Shown here one piece after another: positions 1 through 6,967 of a stretch of DNA of 49,920 nt (position 1 is the first letter of the stretch; each line of letters starts with the position of its first letter). This DNA comes from an uncultured Candidatus Saccharibacteria bacterium. GTDB taxonomy: Bacteria > Patescibacteriota > Minisyncoccia > 2-01-FULL-47-10 > JBBTYX01. The DNA lies in assembly GCA_964436845.1 (NCBI GenBank), contig CAYTEF010000001.1, forward strand, positions 1 to 49,920, read 5' to 3'. The notes beneath the pieces were generated by a model. That model did no database searches and was not told where the DNA came from. It saw only the letters and a list, made by a program, of their open reading frames with translations. The position numbers were made by a program, and so were the translations under genes.

Positions 1-164
1 GACTTAACCTTTCTGTTTTTGGTTCAATACCATATTCGGCAACAGGCCCATAAGGGATCCCATCGACATGGAACTTGCAGTATCTATGTATTAGGCGTAG
101 AAAGAAAAAGGGAGATCGCGATGGCTATAAAAGCCTTTTTTGACCAAATGAAGCAATGTTCAAT

Positions 165-236
165 GGGCACGTAGTTCAATGGTGGAACGCTATCCTGATA
201 AGATAGAGGTCGTAGGTTCGATTCCTACCGTGCCCA
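165..236 (+). tRNA. tRNA-Ile (anticodon GAT)
   Basis: Cloverleaf folded by eye. Acceptor GGGCACG/CGTGCCC; D-arm GTTC-AATGGTG-GAAC; anticodon arm CTATC-CTGATAA-GATAG (U33, anticodon GAT, A37); variable loop AGGTC; T-arm GTAGG-TTCGATT-CCTAC; discriminator A. No CCA is encoded. Confidence 0.85.
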
Positions 237-242
237 CAACTT

Positions 243-1127
243 ATGCTTACCATTGGTATTGTCGGGCTTCCCAATGTGGGGAAGTCATCGCTTTTTAAGG
301 CACTCACTAAAAACGAGGTAGAAATCGCCAATTACCCCTTTGCCACTATTGACCCTCACGAGGGCATTGTTGAAGTTCCTGATGAGAGGCTGGGCAAACT
401 CGCCCAAATTGAGCACTCAAAGAAAATTATCCCCACCATTGTTACCTTTGTTGATATTGCCGGGCTCGTAAAAGACGCGCATAAAGGTGCCGGGCTGGGC
501 AATCAGTTTTTGGCGCACATTCGCGAGGTGGATACGATCGTGCAGGTAGTGCGCGCCTTTGACAATCCGGAAATTATAAGAAATGAAGGACCCATCTCTC
601 CCAAAGACGATATTGAAATCATCAATATTGAGCTTGAACTTGCAGACATTAAAAAACCAACCCTCTATATACTGAACACCGACAAGGGTGAGGATGCAAA
701 AGAGCTTGTGGCCGAACATAATCTTTACACTCTTGGCATTATTCCCGATCAAGTTATTCCCTTGAATGTCAAGCAGGAGGTGGAAATGGCGGATTTCACC
801 AAAGAACAGCAAAAAGAACTTGGCATGGAAAGCAACCTTGATACCTTGATTGTAAAAGCGTACAAGCTTTTAGACTTAATCACTTTTTTTTCCACCGGCG
901 AGGACGAAACCCGCGCGTGGACGGTAAAGCGGGGGGCAAGCGCTCCGGAAGCCGGCAAAAAAATTCACACTGACTTTCAGGATAAATTCATCCGCGCCCA
1001 GGTTATTCCCTGGCAGAAACTCATTGAAGCGAACGGATGGAACGAAGCAAAAACAAAAGGCTGGGTTTTAACCAAGGGAAGGGACTATATCGTCCAAGAA
1101 GGCGACGTGATTGAGTTTAAGATTTAA
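243..1127 (+). CDS. ychF: Ribosome-binding ATPase YchF/Ola1 family, shortened (294 aa)
   Basis: P-loop GIVGLPNVGKSSLF, G3 motif DIAGLV, and C-terminal TGS-like FFSTGEDETRAWTVKRGASAPEAGKKIHTDFQDKFIRAQV. The ATG lies 6 nt after the tRNA 3' end. Confidence 0.9.
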   Translation: MLTIGIVGLPNVGKSSLFKALTKNEVEIANYPFATIDPHEGIVEVPDERLGKLAQIEHSKKIIPTIVTFVDIAGLVKDAHKGAGLGNQFLAHIREVDTIVQVVRAFDNPEIIRNEGPISPKDDIEIINIELELADIKKPTLYILNTDKGEDAKELVAEHNLYTLGIIPDQVIPLNVKQEVEMADFTKEQQKELGMESNLDTLIVKAYKLLDLITFFSTGEDETRAWTVKRGASAPEAGKKIHTDFQDKFIRAQVIPWQKLIEANGWNEAKTKGWVLTKGRDYIVQEGDVIEFKI

Positions 1128-1291
1128 GCCTAACCTGTTTATTTAATACGTTTTAGAAGTACGACATTCTATGTGAAATACATGGACTATGCACTCTTTG
1201 GGTAAGAGTTCGGGGTAAATCCTGTATGAGAAACAAAACACGCTCGGCGCCTTTGCGAGGTATCTTTTTAAGCTTTTTGAAAACATCCGGA

Positions 1292-1549
1292 TTAATTTGT
1301 AAAATCTAGTTTTCGTTTAAGTTCATTGAGGCTTAATACATTGCCTTTCTCTCTGTTCTTTCTCGCCTTAGATAAGGCGGACTTCTGCGTACGAGTCGCT
1401 TCAAACTCTTCAAACGGATATTCCTCTTGTAATAAGCTTCGAACACGTTCGGCAAGTTGAGCTTTTTTATGAGTCTCTCGTATGTATTTTTGGGAAAAGA
1501 AATCATTGATCTCATAGTATGTATATTGTAATAAAATAAGGTAAAACAA
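1292..1549 (-). CDS. Hypothetical small protein (85 aa)
   Basis: ORF evidence only. It competes with the alternative-frame ORF 1333..1593. The tail ...KGNVLSLNELKRKL looks protein-like, but no family was recognised. Confidence 0.3.
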   Translation of the reverse strand: MFYLILLQYTYYEINDFFSQKYIRETHKKAQLAERVRSLLQEEYPFEEFEATRTQKSALSKARKNREKGNVLSLNELKRKLDFTN

Positions 1550-1639
1550 TCAAGTGTATGTATGTGTCCACCATTGTATCTCATCTTGTGCATACTTCTC
1601 TATCCGGCAACCACCCCTCCCCCGACCACTCTTTGGGAT

Positions 1640-2377
1640 TCATTTTAGATTTTTTATAAACCCTACAAGCGGCTCTTCCCAACCAAAACACGTCTTGATC
1701 CCCTCAAGCTCGTGGAAAACTTTCGTACAAGAAGGATCTAATGTCGCGTATTCTTTAAGCATCTGTACAGTTTCCTCTATAAATCCACCCACGGTGCCGT
1801 CGGAATCATCAACACCGCCATAACTCAATTTTTTATCAAGCCGTAACAGCATATCAACGAGTAAGCTTGTCGTTTGCTCGCTTACGGGTAATTCCGAGAT
1901 AATTTTTGATAAACGGCCGCATCCTTCTGAAAGAGAATCCTGATAGGAAAACCAGATTCTGGAGGGGCCATTGTACGGTTTGATATATCGCATGGCGTCA
2001 GTAATTGATTTTTTAGCTGAAGACAGCTCTTTCTTGCTCAACGATCCCAACTTACCGCTGCACATGGGCTGACCGACAAGCCGCTTATCGTCATCGGTAA
2101 GCGGCTTCCCTTTCTTTAGCGCATAAATTGCTACCGCGACCATATGCTTACAAAGGGTATCGTTTTGACCAAGGTAACACTCGCAATTGCCGTGACTATA
2201 TCGGCGCTCATCAACAGACACTCTATACGGCTTTGTCCCAAGAACCACTGCAAAATACGCCCCCATTCCTTCCTCAAACTGCATCACCTTTCCGCTCTCA
2301 TAAAGCCCGACGGCTCTCTCAAACGTCCCTTCATCTGTTGCAAATTTTATTTTGTCCAAGTTAAATTTCTTCTGCAT
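1640..2377 (-). CDS. SWIM zinc-finger domain protein
   Basis: CxCx(n)CxH signature in GNCECYLGQNDTLCKHMVAVAIYAL. An in-frame TAG lies inside the terminal CRISPR repeat, so ATG 2377 is the first possible start. Confidence 0.75.
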   Translation of the reverse strand: MQKKFNLDKIKFATDEGTFERAVGLYESGKVMQFEEGMGAYFAVVLGTKPYRVSVDERRYSHGNCECYLGQNDTLCKHMVAVAIYALKKGKPLTDDDKRLVGQPMCSGKLGSLSKKELSSAKKSITDAMRYIKPYNGPSRIWFSYQDSLSEGCGRLSKIISELPVSEQTTSLLVDMLLRLDKKLSYGGVDDSDGTVGGFIEETVQMLKEYATLDPSCTKVFHELEGIKTCFGWEEPLVGFIKNLK

Positions 2378-2378
2378 A

Positions 2379-3347
2379 ATCTACAAAAGTAGAAATTGGA
2401 TATAGGGATTAGACCGAGTCGTAAATCCGCCTCTCAGATTATCTACAAAAGTAGAAATTGGATATAGGGATTAGACGAAAATGTCAAGCGATTCCAAGCC
2501 GCATCTACAAAAGTAGAAATTGGATATAGGGATTAGACTTTTGAGCAAGCTGAAAGAATAGCCAATCTACAAAAGTAGAAATTGGATATAGGGATTAGAC
2601 TTCAAGTCTATATACTGCAGTCTCAATCTACAAAAGTAGAAATTGGATATAGGGATTAGACTTTTTGGAATAAGTGTGGAAACAGGAATCTACAAAAGTA
2701 GAAATTGGATATAGGGATTAGACATAATTACCACGCTATCAGTGTAGAATATCTACAAAAGTAGAAATTGGATATAGGGATTAGACACTTTAGGATTAAA
2801 AAGTTCCTCATATCTACAAAAGTAGAAATTGGATATAGGGATTAGACCGAGGGGTTATCAGGGGAACTAAACGAGATCTACAAAAGTAGAAATTGGATAT
2901 AGGGATTAGACTTCAGCATCAACTGCGGCGTTGACCATCTACAAAAGTAGAAATTGGATATAGGGATTAGACATAAAAAACTATGCAAAACAATCAACCA
3001 TCTACAAAAGTAGAAATTGGATATAGGGATTAGACACAAACGGGAGGAAACGAAAATGATATATCTACAAAAGTAGAAATTGGATATAGGGATTAGACGT
3101 AAAACAATCACAGTAGAAGCAGATAATCTACAAAAGTAGAAATTGGATATAGGGATTAGACCAAGCATACTCCGATGGGATACAAAGATCTACAAAAGTA
3201 GAAATTGGATATAGGGATTAGACAAAAAATGTTACTGTTGAAGCAGTAGTATCTACAAAAGTAGAAATTGGATATAGGGATTAGACAAACAAGATATTGA
3301 ATCTTGGTTGCATCTACAAAAGTAGAAATTGGATATAGGGATTAGAC
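2379..3347 (-). CRISPR. CRISPR array, type V-A style: 16 repeats of 36 bp, 15 spacers of 25-28 bp
   Basis: Identical repeats (minus-strand reading GTCTAATCCCTATATCCAATTTCTACTTTTGTAGAT) start at 2379, 2441, 2503, 2565, 2626, 2688, 2751, 2812, 2876, 2937, 3000, 3063, 3126, 3188, 3251 and 3312. All spacers are unique. The repeat 3' end forms the TCTAC-TTTT-GTAGA stem-loop typical of the Cas12a crRNA handle. Orientation matches the cas genes. Confidence 0.97.
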
Positions 3348-3533
3348 TGCGGAAATGGCTTTGTTAAGCACTAAAGATACAAATAGCGCTGAAAGAGTCG
3401 CTACGACTTTTTGGCTCAACAAAGCCACTTTTTGTTTTAGGAAATCCATAAAGACAAAGGTTTCCGCAGATAAAATATTGGTCTAATCACGTACACGACA
3501 ATTTCCGCTTTTTCTATTTATTTTTCAAGGCGC
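3348..3533 (-). promoter_or_regulatory. Putative CRISPR leader
   Basis: A 186-bp non-coding gap between the cas2 stop and the cas-proximal repeat. The leader role is inferred from position and orientation. No promoter hexamers could be assigned confidently. Confidence 0.55.
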
Positions 3534-3815
3534 TTACTCAAAGACAATCACGTCTTTTTCCTCATTTTTTGCATAGCCGTAGCGGATTACCTTCTTCTGG
3601 CACGCTTCGCAAAACGGCATAATAACCACGCTATCGGCGTTCCTGAACTGCTTTTTATACCGTAATTCTACCTCACTAATCACATTTTGCAATACCCTTT
3701 GGCTATGCTTTACTTCGTAAACAGAATATTGGATTTTTCGCCCGAATTTCTTCAAGAATTTTGAAAATCTTGCCCGTACATTATTATATTCAAAATCATA
3801 CGACACAATAAGCAT
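3534..3815 (-). CDS. cas2: CRISPR-associated endoribonuclease Cas2
   Basis: 93 aa starting MLIVSYDFE..., with Cas2-like size and ferredoxin-like pattern. It lies immediately downstream of cas1 and upstream of the array. Confidence 0.88.
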   Translation of the reverse strand: MLIVSYDFEYNNVRARFSKFLKKFGRKIQYSVYEVKHSQRVLQNVISEVELRYKKQFRNADSVVIMPFCEACQKKVIRYGYAKNEEKDVIVFE

Positions 3816-3817
3816 GG

Positions 3818-4780
3818 TCAGCGTGAAATCTTAAAATGGGGAAAGGGGTTAGCCTCACTATTCATGAAAAATCGATAGTAGCCTTGCACGTAACGATACA
3901 TCTCTTCCTTATGGTTCATGATTGCCTCAAGAAATACCTGTGCGTATTTCGCGCTATGTTCGAACGAAAGCAAAAGATTCCCATTCCTTTGCTTAAAATC
4001 CTTTTCTTGAATTTTTTTAAGCGTATACAGCTTGAGTACTTCTCTATCAATAATCGCCCTAAACGGCTCAACAATATCGCAAGTAAGAGATTTTCTTTGG
4101 AAAAAAAGTTTATGGTAACACCCTTTATACGTATCAAATCCATAAAGACAAAGTAAAGCGTCAAGAGTGTTGAACATCATCGTATATCCTATATCAAGAA
4201 GGAAATTTGGAATATCTGGCTTTACGCGGGGCATACGCCACGACCACCCGATTGGCCCAAAATATTCCTTAAAAAATTCTTTTGATACATTACCCTCTAT
4301 GCCGCGTAATGAATCCTGTTTTCCTGCACTATCTATTGCTTCCATAATTTCTTTTTCGCGCGCGACGATATTTTCCCCTATTTCCCGCGATTTTAGAAGC
4401 GAAATCTGATTTGCCACTTTATTTTTTACGATTTGCCGCGCGATAAAGAGCTCCTTGTCGTCTTCCAACTCATACTGGCGCATTCTTAAAAGATAGTTGC
4501 CTTCTGATGCCGCGTTTATCGCGGCATAGGGTTCAAAATTATATTTCAAGAGGAAAAATGATACTCCAAGACGTCTTGCCTGCTTAATGAGCTCGCTGGT
4601 GAGCGAAATATCGCCAATGATAAACGCCGCAAATACCCGATGGCACGATGCCCTATTTGCCACTTTATCATCCTTCAAAAACACAATATTATCATTCTGA
4701 AATCTAATTTTATTGGAAACATTACGCTGGGTTTGAATAAAAAGAATCTGCTTTTGTTTGAAATCAGGTAACGTGATCAT
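3818..4780 (-). CDS. cas1: CRISPR-associated endonuclease Cas1
   Basis: The ORF 3818..4834 opens with GTG at 4834, which would overlap cas4 by 46 nt. ATG 4780 (MITLPDFKQKQILFIQ...) avoids the overlap and is preferred. Length of about 320 aa and the position between cas4 and cas2 fit Cas1. Confidence 0.85.
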   Translation of the reverse strand: MITLPDFKQKQILFIQTQRNVSNKIRFQNDNIVFLKDDKVANRASCHRVFAAFIIGDISLTSELIKQARRLGVSFFLLKYNFEPYAAINAASEGNYLLRMRQYELEDDKELFIARQIVKNKVANQISLLKSREIGENIVAREKEIMEAIDSAGKQDSLRGIEGNVSKEFFKEYFGPIGWSWRMPRVKPDIPNFLLDIGYTMMFNTLDALLCLYGFDTYKGCYHKLFFQRKSLTCDIVEPFRAIIDREVLKLYTLKKIQEKDFKQRNGNLLLSFEHSAKYAQVFLEAIMNHKEEMYRYVQGYYRFFMNSEANPFPHFKISR

Positions 4781-4788
4781 AAAGATTT

Positions 4789-5328
4789 TTACCAGCTTAG
4801 CGCGCCGTAAATGCTCATCTCGCATTTTGAACACCGATGCGACAGTAATGTTTTTGGATCAAAATTCCTTATTGCGCTCAATATTTCCTCAAACCTTATT
4901 CGTTCCTTATCGGAAGGAAGCGGGACATCATAGTTTCTATTATCTTCCAGCGAACGTAAAATGAGTTTTTTCACCGGATAGCCCATTTCTTCAAGACAAA
5001 AATATTGCGCGTATAGTTGGCATATATATCCTTCAAAAATCTGTTTAATCCGCGTTTTGCGCTCGATGAGTGTCTGTGTTTGGGTATCATACATGTCAAT
5101 CTTGCCCATAATTTCGTACTTCTGGCTATACACCTCAAGCCCCACAATGAATCGCCGTGCCGTGGAGTAAGTATTTTCATCTATTGCTTCATGGCGCAAC
5201 TTGCCCACCACCTGCGGCTTTTCATGATAGGTTTTTTGTGAAAACCCCTCATACATCCCATGCAAATACAGCGACGCCGGGCAATACAAGAAATCATTTA
5301 TTTTTGAGATTTGGATATAGGGCTCCAT
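4789..5328 (-). CDS. cas4: CRISPR-associated exonuclease Cas4 (RecB-like nuclease)
   Basis: N-terminal Cys in FLYCPASLY, GKIDMYD, LIERKTR (E-x-K), QLYAQY (QxxxY) and C-terminal CSKC. The start overlaps the cas12a stop by one base (TAATG at 5326-5330). Confidence 0.85.
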   Translation of the reverse strand: MEPYIQISKINDFLYCPASLYLHGMYEGFSQKTYHEKPQVVGKLRHEAIDENTYSTARRFIVGLEVYSQKYEIMGKIDMYDTQTQTLIERKTRIKQIFEGYICQLYAQYFCLEEMGYPVKKLILRSLEDNRNYDVPLPSDKERIRFEEILSAIRNFDPKTLLSHRCSKCEMSIYGALSW

Positions 5329-6932
5329 TATTTTTGAACAAATTTATCCCAGTCGTACTCAGAAATATATATATCAGGGTTTCCCGGTCTTGTCGTGATT
5401 GCATCAAGAATCAACTTGCCTTTGCGTGCAATATTATAAGCCCCATTAGCATCGCCGTTAAACTCCTTAATTATTCGCTCTCCTTCGGGTCCTATAATCT
5501 TATTTCTAAAGTTTGCTAAATTTAACGGCGATAAATTGCCATATTTCTCGCTCTTAGCATAGGTACTAAAAAATGGTCTGACGGGTGAAGCAATAAAATC
5601 TATGTCTTCGCCTACTGACTTTATTCTTGTCTCGCCGCGTTCATCTTCATAACTTTCCCATTTCTCAGAGAAAGAATTGCGAATCTGCATTACTATGTTA
5701 AACAAATAAATAAAAGCGTGGTAAAAACTTCGCTCTCTGCCATCTATTACATACTTTTCCTCTAATTCCCCATCTTGGATTTTACGACATATTTCATCAT
5801 GCAAATCTGCTGCTTGCGGATCTTCAAATTCCCATAGCCTAAATAACTCCCCGAATTTTTCATTTACATCTATAGGCGTATATTGCCAATAACCTTTCTC
5901 GTCTTTTTCGCGCCTAATACGTGGAACTTTTGCGTATACTGTCCAGCCCTTTTGCGGAGAATACACGATATTCTTATATCTTTCCTCCACAAAATTTTTA
6001 GGATTATAAGTAAAAAAGTAGCTTTGCTCTTCTTCACCCCATCCGATGGCATCAAATTTTTCTATCGTTTCTTTTATCTTCTTCTGCGATGCAGAATTGC
6101 TAACGTATACATTCTTGCGAAAACCGGTCAAAGGATCAGTGCCTGAAGTATACTCGGCTTGTGTATAGAAAATAATGCCGGTTTGCTTGCCCATTTTTTC
6201 AAATGATACAAAGGGAGCAGTCAATTGATAACCCTTTAAAACCCCGCCAAATTCATGCGATTGTCGATTCTTGAAGATCAAATAACCAAATTTATCTATC
6301 AGTTGTTTTTCCAGTTGCTGATATACGCTCCGTTCAATACCGCCGCGAATTTGTTTAAAGCGCATATTCAGATCCTCCATTACCACAATGGCGTTATAAT
6401 GAATTGCGAAGTCGGCTATTTTCCGAACAACCTGGGAAACATACCCTTTCTTAATATCTTTAATTTTTGCTACTGGACTCCACGATTGCCTATTTCGTAA
6501 GCGTTCCTTCTCACAATTTACGAGTTTATCTCTATAGTTCTGGCCATTTATTTCATTCAAACTACCTTGGTCAAGAATTTCGCCGTTTTGATTGATAATC
6601 GAATAGTACACCAAGTGCTTCTCGCCACGATCAAGACCAATAATATTGACTTTATTTTGTCTCGCGTACTTTGCTAATTCAACTCTTATATTTTTATTGT
6701 ATCCACCAACAAAAGGCAATAATTTTCTTTCCGACATTTGTGGCTTCCTTGCGGCATAGTTCAATATAATGGAAAGGTGTAAAAAATATTTTCTTTCTGT
6801 GTATCTATTATAAACAAATTTGATTACCCTGAATTTATCTCTTAAGAACTTTGTTATATCTTTACCTTTTTCTTTCGTAAGGATATGTTTAGGATTATCC
6901 TTAATACTCTTGGTAAATTCTCGTAGAAACAT
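5328..6932 (-). CDS. cas12a: Cas12a (Cpf1) C-terminal fragment: WED-III, RuvC and Nuc
   Basis: RuvC-I IIGLDRGEKHLVYY, RuvC-II VVMEDLNMRFKQ, TDPLTGF, QIRNS, DFIASPV and RuvC-III GDANGAYNIARKG. Cas12a-like sequence in this frame continues upstream of the first ATG to 7014 (KNIHTFYFEQLFSEQNLKDPIFKISGGSE). Confidence 0.9.
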   Translation of the reverse strand: MFLREFTKSIKDNPKHILTKEKGKDITKFLRDKFRVIKFVYNRYTERKYFLHLSIILNYAARKPQMSERKLLPFVGGYNKNIRVELAKYARQNKVNIIGLDRGEKHLVYYSIINQNGEILDQGSLNEINGQNYRDKLVNCEKERLRNRQSWSPVAKIKDIKKGYVSQVVRKIADFAIHYNAIVVMEDLNMRFKQIRGGIERSVYQQLEKQLIDKFGYLIFKNRQSHEFGGVLKGYQLTAPFVSFEKMGKQTGIIFYTQAEYTSGTDPLTGFRKNVYVSNSASQKKIKETIEKFDAIGWGEEEQSYFFTYNPKNFVEERYKNIVYSPQKGWTVYAKVPRIRREKDEKGYWQYTPIDVNEKFGELFRLWEFEDPQAADLHDEICRKIQDGELEEKYVIDGRERSFYHAFIYLFNIVMQIRNSFSEKWESYEDERGETRIKSVGEDIDFIASPVRPFFSTYAKSEKYGNLSPLNLANFRNKIIGPEGERIIKEFNGDANGAYNIARKGKLILDAITTRPGNPDIYISEYDWDKFVQK

Positions 6933-6967
6933 TTCCGATCCTCCGGAGATTTTGAAAATAGGATCTT

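Noticed and set aside
140-164. A possible promoter for the tRNA: TTGACC at 140-145 and TTCAAT at 159-164.
   Set aside because: The spacer is only 13 nt, too short for a sigma70-type promoter. The real promoter is probably upstream of the window or not recognisable.
417-958. Antisense ORFs (131 and 69 aa) within ychF.
   Set aside because: They are shadow ORFs opposite a well-supported conserved gene.
1333-1593. An 86-aa ORF in an alternative frame to 1292..1549.
   Set aside because: Its highly basic, Arg/Lys/Tyr-rich sequence looks like an out-of-frame translation. At most one of the two ORFs is real, and neither is well supported.
2878-3168. A 96-aa minus-strand ORF with the reiterated peptide LIPISNFYFCR.
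   Set aside because: It lies entirely inside the CRISPR array. The periodic peptide is simply the translated repeat, so it is an artefact.
2379-3533. A search by eye for a tracrRNA-like anti-repeat and for self-targeting spacers within the window.
   Set aside because: No extended complement of the repeat was found apart from the weak leader element reported separately. None of the 15 spacers visibly matches elsewhere in the window. A computational search would be needed to exclude matches.
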